DNA of 22,480 nt from Bacillales bacterium (GTDB lineage: Bacteria; Bacillota; Bacilli; JARBTR01): contig JAVBKB010000130.1 in the NCBI GenBank assembly GCA_031554275.1, positions 1 to 22,480 of the forward strand, given 5' to 3'. The position numbers and the translations under genes were made by a program. The notes under the pieces are model-generated. The model was not told where the DNA came from. It made no database searches and saw nothing but the letters and a program-made list of their open reading frames with translations. Within the stretch, counting starts at the first letter, position 1. The number at the start of each line of letters is the position of its first letter. Of this stretch, positions 1-8,050 are shown piece by piece.

Positions 1-750
1 CCTGAAAAGCTTTGGTTTGAAGTAGTGGCAGGTAAGATGACTGAATGTGTCATGATTGATGAAATTGCGGTCTATGATGCAGCGTTACGTAAATGGGTTT
101 CAAAGGTAAATGATACGAGTTATGAAGAACCAACAGGCAACGTTGCAACACCAGTTGTCAGTATTGGCGACCTAGTAACCTTTACGATTAAAGTATTCAA
201 TCAATCGAATACAAATGCGATTGTGGCAGAAATCACCGATTATCTACCAGAAGGATTTGAATTTATCGCAAGCGAAAACCCAGATTGGCAGCTGAACGGA
301 TCGGTGCTAACAAGTAACAAATTGAAAGGCTTAGTACTAGCACCAGGAGAAACAGCTGAATTGAAGCTAGTTGTTCAAGTTGGTAAAAATGCAACGTCTG
401 CAAATCTTATCAATACAGCAGAAATTTCTAAATTCACAGATGACAAAGATCGTCCAGTTATCGACAAGGATTCAACACCAGACGGTGATCGTGAAAACGA
501 TGGATCACCAAAGGACAATGTTATCAATGAAGATGGAAAAGGCAAGAATGACCAAGATGATCATGATATTGCGCTTGTGAAGTTAGCAGAGAAAGTTGCA
601 CCGAAGGCTATTGCTCCTGCTCCAGAGAAACCGCAAATTGTCGTGACAGGTGATAACACAATTGACCCAATGAATCTTGCAGTTGCTGCAGCATCGGCAT
701 TGCTTGTGTTGTTGGGTGCTGTGAGTAAAAGAAGAAAAACTCCCTTGTGA
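1..750 (+). CDS. Cell-surface protein, C-terminal fragment. The reading frame is open to window position 1, so the gene continues upstream. It contains a DUF11 / 'conserved repeat domain' unit, a charged Asp/Lys-rich linker, a C-terminal hydrophobic segment and a KRRK tail.
   Basis: The ORF is open from nt 1 with no stop in frame 1. The segment VTFTIKVFNQSNTNAIVAEITDYLPEGFEFIASENPDWQL...APGETAELKLVVQV matches the DUF11/TIGR01451 repeat signature. The C terminus LAVAAASALLVLLGAVSKRRKTPL is a sortase-substrate-like anchor, but no canonical LPXTG is present; the closest match is IVVTGD. Confidence 0.55.
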   Translation, partial: PEKLWFEVVAGKMTECVMIDEIAVYDAALRKWVSKVNDTSYEEPTGNVATPVVSIGDLVTFTIKVFNQSNTNAIVAEITDYLPEGFEFIASENPDWQLNGSVLTSNKLKGLVLAPGETAELKLVVQVGKNATSANLINTAEISKFTDDKDRPVIDKDSTPDGDRENDGSPKDNVINEDGKGKNDQDDHDIALVKLAEKVAPKAIAPAPEKPQIVVTGDNTIDPMNLAVAAASALLVLLGAVSKRRKTPL

Positions 751-790
751 ATATTCCCGAAACCAACCAGTAATTTCAAAAAACCAACCT

Positions 791-1285
791 TCAATCCAAA
801 TCTTCCTGCAACTCGTTAGAAAGCTCCGAAGGCATTTCTGAAACCCCAAAGCGAGCAACTTCATCAAAGCTATCATTTGTGTCATATGGATTATCAAATA
901 GTTCATGCAGAACCTTTTCCTCAACAGGGCGATCATTTGGTAAATTTGATTTCGTTGTGTGCGAAATACAAAAAAGAGTGGTTGGAATCGCTTCTAGTCT
1001 CTCGGCTGGGATTTCCTTGCCACAGACTTTGCAATTCCCATAAGTTCCGGCTTCTATCGCATCAAGAGCTGAATAAATTTGCAAAAGTTCATCTTGCTGA
1101 TGGATATCTAGTGCCGCCTGTCGACCTCGATCTGATAAGTCGGTAGCAGTGTCTGCCGGATGATTATCGTATTGCGAAAGCTCACTGCTCACATTGTTCT
1201 GTATTTCCTTGGATTGCTTTAATCCATCTTCAATTCTTGATTTCTCTTGTAGTAAAACATTTTTAAAATGTGCACGATCAACCAT
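791..1285 (-). CDS. DksA/TraR-family C4-type zinc-finger protein (general stress protein 16O / YocK / YteA-like).
   Basis: CKVCGKEIPAERLEAIPTTLFCISH is the CxxC...C zinc-finger arrangement typical of DksA/TraR, preceded by a coiled-coil-like N-terminal half. The start was chosen at the ATG (MVDRAHF) that has an AAAGGAG RBS 9 nt upstream. The track's longer ORF begins at a GTG that lies inside this RBS. Confidence 0.7.
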   Translation of the reverse strand: MVDRAHFKNVLLQEKSRIEDGLKQSKEIQNNVSSELSQYDNHPADTATDLSDRGRQAALDIHQQDELLQIYSALDAIEAGTYGNCKVCGKEIPAERLEAIPTTLFCISHTTKSNLPNDRPVEEKVLHELFDNPYDTNDSFDEVARFGVSEMPSELSNELQEDLD

Positions 1286-1402
1286 CCTAAGTACTCCTTT
1301 ACCCACAGGTATTATTTAATGATAGTGTTTTCCATAAGATAGTGTTTCCGTTTTCCGAGTATTGTATTTCCGAAAAGATTTCCATATCCAAACATTCTGG
1401 CA

Positions 1403-1436
1403 TGAAAAAGCCCACCCAGAAAAAGTGCTGGGTGGG
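1403..1436 (-). terminator. Rho-independent terminator for the recJ-apt transcript on the minus strand. It lies about 190 nt after the apt stop codon.
   Basis: The minus strand reads CCCACCCAG-cacttttt-CTGGGTGGG followed by CTTTTTCAT. This is a perfect 9-bp GC-rich stem followed by a T-run. Confidence 0.6.
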
Positions 1437-1627
1437 AGCTATGTTAATATTCCCGTCAAAAATCGAATAAAGTTGTGGCAAATTCCGATTCTCATCAACA
1501 TCGGAAAAAATGGTGGATTTCCGTCCCAAGTTTTTTCTTGTGGTGGACTTCCCATCTTGCGGATTTCTTTGTTTGCAATTCGGATCAAGGAAAAATTACC
1601 GATCACAACTATTTCAAACAGAAATCA

Positions 1628-2140
1628 TTAATACGCTGTCAATGTAAGAACTTCATATCCTTTTAATTTATCCATGCCTTTCAGGTAAGTTAGATCCACT
1701 AAGAAAGCAATACCCGCAACAATACCGCCGAGCTCTTCCACCAACTTAATAGTGGCTTCAATAGTTCCGCCAGTAGCTAATAAATCATCAGTAATAAGGA
1801 CTCTTTGACCAGGCTTAATTGCATCTTTGTGAATTGCTAAGGTTGCTTGCCCGTATTCTAGTTCATAAGATGTTTGGATAGTTTCACGCGGAAGTTTGCC
1901 TTCTTTTCGTACTGGAGCAAAACCAATACCCAACGCATAAGCGACTGGGCATCCGATGATGAAACCACGTGCTTCCGGACCTACAACAAGATCTATTTTT
2001 TTATCAATTGCGAAGATAACAATTTCGTCTGTTGCGAATTTATATGCTTCACCATTATCCATTAATGTAGTGATATCCTTAAAGCGAATACCAGGCTTTG
2101 GCCAATCTTCAACAATCGTAATGTACTTCTTCAAATCCAT
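1628..2140 (-). CDS. apt: Adenine phosphoribosyltransferase.
   Basis: The 170-aa product aligns with Apt over its full length ([21 protein letters not shown]...[26 protein letters not shown], the PRPP-binding motif). It lies 11 bp downstream of recJ, as in the conserved recJ-apt operon. Confidence 0.95.
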   Translation of the reverse strand: MDLKKYITIVEDWPKPGIRFKDITTLMDNGEAYKFATDEIVIFAIDKKIDLVVGPEARGFIIGCPVAYALGIGFAPVRKEGKLPRETIQTSYELEYGQATLAIHKDAIKPGQRVLITDDLLATGGTIEATIKLVEELGGIVAGIAFLVDLTYLKGMDKLKGYEVLTLTAY

Positions 2141-2151
2141 GTGACTTCCTC

Positions 2152-4548
2152 CTATGATTCAGTAGCATTCATGAGTGATCGAAAAAAATTCGTGAAATCT
2201 TTTTTTGAAGAAAATAATAATTGGTTTTCTAGTTCACTCTTTGCAAGTTGCGACGAGTAACTGGTTGATTCAACAAGATCTTTCTTGGCAACACCTTTCA
2301 CTAAGTTTACAATGCCGTTGTCTATTGTAACAAAACCTAATTCAAAAAACACTTTTAAAATAAATGAAATTGAATCTTTTTTCCAAAGGTTTCGCTTTGC
2401 CAAGTTTTCTGCATGAGCTTGGGCGTTGAATGAATGGTTTTGTGTAAGAAAGGCATACATCCATTTGAACTGATCACGAGTTGGCGGATTTACGAATAAT
2501 TCATCTTTTCTCTTTTTTAAAAATAAGTAGTAGCGAGAGTATTTTGCTTGCGCAAACATTTCTTGAATGAGTTGCTTGCTATTCGGAAAATCGACCAAAC
2601 ATAGGTTTTCTGCTATTTTTCCTGTAGAAAATGTCCCTCGATAGACTTCAACCTCACTATGGATTGAAGGAGGAAGTTGCTGGATGCTCTCTTCATTGAA
2701 AACGACAATTCTTCGTTCGATCGGAATCAAGTTCAGATTGAATTCTGTCAGTGGTAAGCTTCGCCAATCAAAGATTTGCACATGATTACAGGAGATATCC
2801 TGTAAAGTCATTTGGGGAATCAGTTTATTGTTCCATTCATTTATCGAGATTCCCCCAACGATAGATAACTGATCGCTTTGAGAAATCTGTTCAACAATGT
2901 GCCCTTGACCAAATCCAATAAGGTCGATAACACCGGTATCATCAGTAAGTTGTGCTTTGAAATGGTTAAAGTCGGCGCCAACTTTTTTGGATGAAAGCAT
3001 TTCCACTTTTTCAACCAATATTCTTGGTCGAGGATTTCCCCTCCCAAAAGGGGCCAATCGATCTAACAGCTGAATTGTTTTTACAGTGATATCGGCAAGT
3101 TTCACTTTGCAATCAATCGCGATTTTTGATACAAAAATGGCTGGATCGACATTGATCTTTGCTTCATGATTGATCGCTTCACGAAAGGCATCAAGGTTTT
3201 CCATTCGAAGCGAAAGTCCTGCTGCCATTGGGTGTCCCCCGAACCTCGACAGCAGCTTTTCCTGCTCCAAAAGTTGTTGATACAAATTGTAGCCTTCAAC
3301 ACTTCTTGCTGAACCTTTTGCCTCGTTTTTTGCTTCGTCCAAACTGATAACAATCGCAGGATGTGCATATCTTTCAACTAATTTAGACGCTACAATCCCA
3401 ACGACTCCAGAATTCCAGCCGCTTTTGCCAATCACAATAATTGGCCACTGACTAATTGGGAAGGTTTCTTCCACCATAGCAATTGCTTCTTCAGTAATAG
3501 TTAGCACAAGTTCCTGTCTTTGACGATTAATTGCATCTAAATCAGTTGCAATCTCCACAGCTTTTTCTAGGGAGTCTGACATTAATAGCTCAACTGCTTT
3601 ATCAGCGCTTCCCAGTCGTCCAGCTGCATTCAGTCGTGGTGCAAAGCCAAATGCAATCGTTTCCTCATTAATTGTATCCAAAGGGATACCAGCAATCTGT
3701 GCTAAAGCTTGTATCGCAGGGAGTTGGCTGGTTTTCATACATTCCAGTCCTTTGGTAACTATCAGTCGGTTTTCACCATGTAATTCAACAAGATCAGCAA
3801 TAGTTCCTATGGCAGCTAATGTAACACAGTCAGGAAGTGCTTCACCCAAAAGAGCATGAGACAATTTCAAAGCAACACCGGCTCCGCATAGCTCTTGATA
3901 TGGGTAGTTGTCATCGAGTTTAGGATGTAGGATCGAATAGGCGTTTGGCAATTCCGCACCCATTTGGTGATGGTCTGTGATGACAACATCCATACCTAGT
4001 GTCGCTGCTTTGTTCATTTCTTCAATTGCAGCAACACCTGTATCAACTGTGATGAGCAAAGTAACACCCTGATGATGTAATTTCTCTATCGCAGATATGT
4101 TTGGACCATAACCCTCAGAGAAACGATTCGGAATATAGTATGAAATGGTCGAAGCAGAACCCATTGGTTCTATCAAAGCTTTTCCTGAAGCATCTTCCGG
4201 TAGATTAACTGCTGAAGGCATCGCAGTAAGCAACTGGAATGTACGCAATAATATCGCTGTGCTTGTCACCCCGTCAGCATCATAATCACCGAAGATTGCA
4301 ATACGCTCGCCTTTTGCTATTGCATTTTTGATGCGCTCAACCGCAGTCGCCATTTGACTGAATTGAAATGGATCATGAAAATTTTGTTTGTGTACATTGA
4401 GAAATTGTTTTGCTTCATTCAGATTAACAATTCCGCGATTAATAAGCAGAGCCGCAATCAGCTCTGGGATTTTCAATTTATCTACAAACTGCTGCACTAA
4501 TTCAGCATTTGGGTTCATCACTTGCCATTCTGACTTGGCTTGGAGCAT
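2152..4548 (-). CDS. recJ: Single-stranded-DNA-specific 5'-3' exonuclease RecJ. This is the long Firmicutes form with a C-terminal extension.
   Basis: DHH family motifs are present ([30 protein letters not shown]) and the DHHA1 region is intact. The 798-aa length matches Bacillales RecJ. A GAGGTG RBS sits upstream of the ATG at 4548. Confidence 0.95.
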   Translation of the reverse strand: MLQAKSEWQVMNPNAELVQQFVDKLKIPELIAALLINRGIVNLNEAKQFLNVHKQNFHDPFQFSQMATAVERIKNAIAKGERIAIFGDYDADGVTSTAILLRTFQLLTAMPSAVNLPEDASGKALIEPMGSASTISYYIPNRFSEGYGPNISAIEKLHHQGVTLLITVDTGVAAIEEMNKAATLGMDVVITDHHQMGAELPNAYSILHPKLDDNYPYQELCGAGVALKLSHALLGEALPDCVTLAAIGTIADLVELHGENRLIVTKGLECMKTSQLPAIQALAQIAGIPLDTINEETIAFGFAPRLNAAGRLGSADKAVELLMSDSLEKAVEIATDLDAINRQRQELVLTITEEAIAMVEETFPISQWPIIVIGKSGWNSGVVGIVASKLVERYAHPAIVISLDEAKNEAKGSARSVEGYNLYQQLLEQEKLLSRFGGHPMAAGLSLRMENLDAFREAINHEAKINVDPAIFVSKIAIDCKVKLADITVKTIQLLDRLAPFGRGNPRPRILVEKVEMLSSKKVGADFNHFKAQLTDDTGVIDLIGFGQGHIVEQISQSDQLSIVGGISINEWNNKLIPQMTLQDISCNHVQIFDWRSLPLTEFNLNLIPIERRIVVFNEESIQQLPPSIHSEVEVYRGTFSTGKIAENLCLVDFPNSKQLIQEMFAQAKYSRYYLFLKKRKDELFVNPPTRDQFKWMYAFLTQNHSFNAQAHAENLAKRNLWKKDSISFILKVFFELGFVTIDNGIVNLVKGVAKKDLVESTSYSSQLAKSELENQLLFSSKKDFTNFFRSLMNATES

Positions 4549-4965
4549 TTTGTCACCTCAATCACAGTCTATTATACAATAGGTGTCAGGATAAATAGAG
4601 CATTTTATGGATGATCTATACTGCGCATCCCGAATCCCAACTTGGTAAAAAGAGTTTCTTCCCATAAACTCGCAAGTCACTTTGTCGTTATAAAATCATC
4701 AATTGAAGATGTTGGCTCTCTGCTAGGGGTGAAGGTAAATGATATGCAGCTCGTCTTACTGCTTCGCGACAGATTTCTCTTCGATGGACCAATATCTTAT
4801 TCAAATATCCATAAAAGAACCTACTGATAAACAATCTGATTATACGTATTTAGGAAGACTACAACAAAGTATCCCTGTTGAAGCGCTTTCATCTCAGGAA
4901 CAAACATTTCTGCAAAGACATCAAGAAAAAATCACTACTTAAATGTAGTGACAATTGTTACACTT

Positions 4966-5212
4966 AATCCTGATTACATATAAAGATAACGAAACAAACT
5001 AAACTATGCTACCCACAGAGATTGGATTCTTTCGTTATCTTAAAGCGGAATCAGGATACACAGTGCCGGCTTATGCAAATACTGCCGGATTAAAGAGAGC
5101 TTGTATCGCCATATTCTTCTTCAACATTATTGAGCTAAAACAATTCAACGTATTTCGCTTGTTCCAATTTTATCGAGAGTTTTAAGTTGCATTTCTAACG
5201 ACAATTAGGATA
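4966..5212. repeat. Structured intergenic repeat element, copy B. It has a long imperfect hairpin (arms 4966-4994 and 5030-5058) and a conserved about 40-bp terminal box (5169-5212). It is homologous to the element at 20436-20757.
   Basis: The hairpin consists of a 9-bp helix (AATCCTGAT / ATCAGGATA) and a 12-bp helix (AAGATAACGAAA / TTTCGTTATCTT), separated by an internal loop and closed by a 35-nt terminal loop. The box TTATCGAGAGTTTTAAGTTGCATTTCTAACGACAATTAGGATA is about 90% identical to 20716-20757, and its core matches the reverse complement of 20441-20469. Confidence 0.6.
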
Positions 5213-5217
5213 AGCCC

Positions 5218-6369
5218 TCACCAATTTCTTTCTGCAAAATATCTTTCCATGCGATTCAGGCCTTCAATGAGTGTCTCCATGGCACAAGCATAGGAGACCC
5301 TGAAAAATCCCTCGCCATATTGAGTGAAGGCCGAACCAGGAACGACTGCTACGCCAGCCTTCTTCACTAACTCAAGCGCGAAATCCCATGATGATTGTTT
5401 ACATTGCACAGGGAGTTTTACAAAAAAGTAAAAGGCACCGTCAGGGAATGTCGTTTCTAGTCCCATCTTGGTTAGGCGATCATAGACATATTTTCTCCGC
5501 TCTCTGTAGGCTGTTCGCATTGGAAGAGCATCATCAAACCCTGTTGTCAAGGCAGCAAGAGCGGCATGCTGTGAAATTGAGGAGGCACAGGTCACATTGT
5601 ATTGATGAACTTTAAGCATATGCTGACAAATAGTAGCTGGAGCGAGTAGAAACCCTATTCGCCAACCAGTCATGGCATGAGACTTCGATAATCCGTTGAT
5701 AACAATTGTTTGTTCTTTTAACAAATTAGCAATCGAGAAATGATTGTCAGCAAGCTCACTATAGATTTCATCTGCAAGTACAAATATCTTGTGATCTCCT
5801 AGCACCACTGCAATTTCCTCTAGTTCGGATTGGCTAAGTGAGACACCAGTTGGATTTGATGGGTAGGGCAAGATTATACACTTCGTCTTCTCTGAAATCT
5901 TATTGCGAATTTGTGTTGCGGTAACCTTGAAAGCGGTTTCTCTTGTGTCTAGGTAAACTGCTTTTGCACCACAAATTTGGATGATTGGCTCATATCCAGG
6001 ATAAATGGGGCATGGAAGTAGCACCTCATCGCCAGGCTGTAAAATAGTTCTTAATGCAACGTCAATTGCTTCGCTTGCGCCAGCAGTTACAATGATCTCG
6101 CTATCTGCAAGATAGTTCAAATTGTACTTTTTTTCAAAATAAACACATGCTGCCTTTCGAAGTTCCAGCAGACCTGCATTCATTGTATATGTGGTGTGAT
6201 TTCCTGTTATTGCTCCAACTGCTGTTGTTTTGATATGCTCAGGGGTATTAAAGTCAGGCTGGCCAATGGTAAATGAAATGACATCTGGGATTCCAGCAAT
6301 CATATTAAAGAACTGGCGTATGCCAGAAATCTGAATATCTTTTACTAAAGGGTTTATACGGTCTTCCAT
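5218..6369 (-). CDS. PLP-dependent class I/II aminotransferase (aspartate / PatA-type, possibly N-acetyl-LL-diaminopimelate aminotransferase).
   Basis: The N terminus M..RINPLVKDIQISGIRQF and the Schiff-base lysine in NGLSKSHAMTGWRIG are both typical of this class. The start was set at MEDRINP (ATG at 6369), which lies 4 nt after the TGA stop of the upstream ORF and so indicates an operon. The longer track ORF overlaps that upstream gene. Confidence 0.8.
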   Translation of the reverse strand: MEDRINPLVKDIQISGIRQFFNMIAGIPDVISFTIGQPDFNTPEHIKTTAVGAITGNHTTYTMNAGLLELRKAACVYFEKKYNLNYLADSEIIVTAGASEAIDVALRTILQPGDEVLLPCPIYPGYEPIIQICGAKAVYLDTRETAFKVTATQIRNKISEKTKCIILPYPSNPTGVSLSQSELEEIAVVLGDHKIFVLADEIYSELADNHFSIANLLKEQTIVINGLSKSHAMTGWRIGFLLAPATICQHMLKVHQYNVTCASSISQHAALAALTTGFDDALPMRTAYRERRKYVYDRLTKMGLETTFPDGAFYFFVKLPVQCKQSSWDFALELVKKAGVAVVPGSAFTQYGEGFFRVSYACAMETLIEGLNRMERYFAERNW

Positions 6370-6373
6370 GAGA

Positions 6374-6823
6374 TCACTCTTTCTTAGGTCTTTTTTGAAT
6401 CGATTGCGGGGTTTCTCCAAGTCTGGTAAAGACCGGTTGAACGTATTTTCGTGTTGCACTAGGAATTGTTTCTTTAATCCCAGTATACTTCTGCAAAATA
6501 CTTTTGGCCGTTCGTAAGTTCATCTTTGAGGGCGGGTTTCGAAAGCCTTCGATAGCAAGTCCGAGGTGAGTAAGTGTCTTGAAGTCTTCTTTCGCAGGGT
6601 TGATGTGAAATTGATAACTACCACACTCAACTAAGACTGATGAAGTTTGCTGCACATTTTTCGGGTTATTTGAAAAGTGCAAGCCAATTTTCTTTGCAAT
6701 ACCCATACTAATCATCTTTTCGAGGCTTGCGCCTTTCAATTGGTAGAGGAACTTTGGATTCTGGGCAGTTTTTGCATGTTTATTCACTGTAAAAATTGCT
6801 TCAGATAATTCTTGTACATTCAT
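6374..6823 (-). CDS. Hypothetical 149-aa protein co-transcribed with the aminotransferase. It may belong to the YkyB-like family.
   Basis: A clean ORF whose stop is 4 nt from the aminotransferase start, downstream of a near-consensus promoter. No enzymatic motif was recognised. The family assignment is a guess from neighbourhood memory only. Confidence 0.45.
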   Translation of the reverse strand: MNVQELSEAIFTVNKHAKTAQNPKFLYQLKGASLEKMISMGIAKKIGLHFSNNPKNVQQTSSVLVECGSYQFHINPAKEDFKTLTHLGLAIEGFRNPPSKMNLRTAKSILQKYTGIKETIPSATRKYVQPVFTRLGETPQSIQKRPKKE

Positions 6824-6855
6824 AAAACCAGTCCAGTTAGCTTATTTTTATAAGA

Positions 6856-6883
6856 ATTATAGCATTTTTCCGACCTTTCACAA
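6856..6883 (-). promoter_or_regulatory. Sigma-A-type promoter for the 6823←5218 operon on the minus strand: TTGTGA-16 nt-TGcTATAAT.
   Basis: Reverse complement of 6856-6883. The -35 is TTGTGA (6878-6883), the spacer is 16 nt, and the extended -10 is TGcTATAAT (6856-6864). It sits about 30 nt upstream of the ATG at 6823. Confidence 0.5.
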
Positions 6884-6920
6884 AAATATTTCAAGTAACC
6901 AATAAATAATGATTCCTTTA

Positions 6921-6949
6921 TTGTCAACTCTTTGATAATATTTATATAT
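6921..6949 (+). promoter_or_regulatory. Candidate sigma-A promoter for the LEA-like gene: TTGTCA-17-ATATAT/TATATA.
   Basis: TTGTCA lies at 6921-6926, and an AT-rich -10 hexamer 17-18 nt downstream. It is divergent from the aminotransferase operon promoter. Confidence 0.35.
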
Positions 6950-6974
6950 GAAATACTATTAGGGAGTGAAAAAA

Positions 6975-7322
6975 ATGTTTGAAAAGATTAAGAGCTTTTT
7001 CAAAAGCAAAACGCAGGATGCAAAAGAATTTGCTGCTAAAGCAGATGATATTCTTGAAGAAAAATTTGACGGCGTCAAAGAAAAGCTTGGCGATGCTAAG
7101 GATGTTGTTGCTGATAAGCTTGGCGATGCCAAAGATGTTATGGCAGACAAGTTTGGTGATGCAAAAGAATTTGCAGCTGACAAACTCGGCGATGCAAAAG
7201 ACGTTGTTGTAGATAAATTTGGCGATGCAAAAGAATTTGCAGCTGACAAAATAGGAGACCTTAAAGACAAAGTAACTGGTAAAGACAACGAAAATGATGC
7301 AACTGATAAAGAAAAACTGTAA
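6975..7322 (+). CDS. Small hydrophilic 11-mer-repeat protein, LEA group-3 / GsiB / CsbD-like, a putative general-stress or desiccation protein.
   Basis: The protein carries about six tandem copies of the 11-residue unit DK(L/F)GDAK(D/E)(V/F)(V/A)A. It is very rich in Lys, Asp and Ala, with no hydrophobic core. The ATG at 6975 has an AGGGAG RBS 9 nt upstream. Confidence 0.6.
   Translation: MFEKIKSFFKSKTQDAKEFAAKADDILEEKFDGVKEKLGDAKDVVADKLGDAKDVMADKFGDAKEFAADKLGDAKDVVVDKFGDAKEFAADKIGDLKDKVTGKDNENDATDKEKL
7083..7274 (+). repeat. Tandem 33-bp coding repeat, about 5.8 copies. It underlies the 11-residue protein repeat in the LEA-like gene.
   Basis: Consecutive units of aagcttggcgatgctaaggatgttgttgctgat, aagcttggcgatgccaaagatgttatggcagac, aagtttggtgatgcaaaagaatttgcagctgac and so on. 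Units 3 and 5 are identical. Confidence 0.85.
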
Positions 7323-7346
7323 TTAATGAAGGAGAGAACTACTTAA

Positions 7347-7991
7347 ATGGCAAATATTTTGGGTGACTTAATTGCTAAGCTTTTTAAATCAAAGATAGTA
7401 CAAGATCAGGTTGGCAACTTGGTACAAGATAAGATTGGAGATTTAGTTGGTGGACTTTTTGGTGGAGGCAGTACTGCTGCTACTACCTCTGGTAAGAAAC
7501 CAGCTAAGAAAAAATCCGAAGGTTTCAGTTTGACTGACCTCTTCACATCAGGTTTTATGAAGGAGAACACAAGCTTTCCTTCAATAGGAGATTTCTTAGG
7601 TGCTGGCAATCTTAAAGCTACTTCGCTTGATGAAATTTCCTCACTTCCACAAAACCAAATGCATGATTTGGCGGCAAATGGTACTAAGTTTGATGGTTGG
7701 AGAGAGATGCTTGGTGCAGCTGTTGCAGAAGCAATCACAGGAAAGAACAAAAACGTTGATCCATCTTCACTAGACTTAAGTAAGTTAATGAACGCGGATT
7801 TCATGAAGAGTAACACAAAGTTCGCTTCGCTTACTGATTTCATGCAAGCAGCGGGTGTAGATTCCGAAGATGCATTAAAAGCAAGTTCAAGTAAAAAAGT
7901 AGATGAACTTGTGTCTGAGGATGATTCTAATGGATTCGGGAACTGGAAAGACTTACTTGGATCAGCTGTAACATCATTCTTAAAAAAATAA
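7347..7991 (+). CDS. Hypothetical 214-aa soluble protein with an internal duplication; the family was not recognised.
   Basis: Two duplicated motifs are present: F(S/A)SLTD(L/F)..(S/A)G paired with F.KxNT.F, and FDGWREMLGAAVAEAI paired with FGNWKDLLGSAVTSFL. The gene is 24 nt downstream of the LEA-like gene and shares a bidirectional terminator. Confidence 0.5.
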   Translation: MANILGDLIAKLFKSKIVQDQVGNLVQDKIGDLVGGLFGGGSTAATTSGKKPAKKKSEGFSLTDLFTSGFMKENTSFPSIGDFLGAGNLKATSLDEISSLPQNQMHDLAANGTKFDGWREMLGAAVAEAITGKNKNVDPSSLDLSKLMNADFMKSNTKFASLTDFMQAAGVDSEDALKASSSKKVDELVSEDDSNGFGNWKDLLGSAVTSFLKK

Positions 7992-8004
7992 ACTGAGATT
8001 TCAG

Positions 8005-8044
8005 TAAAAAAATGCTAGGTTATGATGATAACCTAGCATTTTTG
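8005..8044. terminator. Bidirectional rho-independent terminator between convergent genes.
   Basis: AAAAAAA-ATGCTAGGTTAT-gatg-ATAACCTAGCAT-TTTTTG. This is a perfect 12-bp stem flanked by an A-run and a T-run. Confidence 0.8.
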
Positions 8045-8050
8045 TGTGTA

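Noticed and set aside
1299-1666. Small ORFs (76, 89 and 63 aa) in the apt–DksA intergenic region.
   Set aside because: They have no RBS, run straight through the terminator hairpin, and their composition is typical of random AT-rich frames.
2841-3377. Antisense or overlapping ORFs inside recJ, secDF (16422-17549), the flippase gene (14051-15406), dapH (12068-12458) and elsewhere from the six-frame track.
   Set aside because: They lie fully within strongly supported genes on the opposite strand or an alternate frame, have no RBS, and have low-complexity products. They are typical shadow ORFs.
4642-4942. Small plus-strand ORFs (61 and 67 aa) upstream of recJ.
   Set aside because: They have TTG or weak starts without a Shine-Dalgarno and no recognisable motifs. 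They are more likely non-coding, or a decayed remnant, and are flagged only as a possible pseudogene region.
4948-4963. GTGACAATTGTTACAC as a LexA (Cheo box) or parS site upstream of recJ.
   Set aside because: It lacks the GAAC-N4-GTTC arrangement of Bacillus LexA boxes and does not match TGTTNCACGTGAAACA. It shares the ACAATT core with the repeat box, so it is treated as part of the repeat element.
7083-7274. The 33-bp tandem repeat array as a possible CRISPR array.
   Set aside because: The repeats are contiguous with no spacers. They lie inside a well-supported ORF, are translated in frame into an 11-residue protein repeat, and there are no cas genes.
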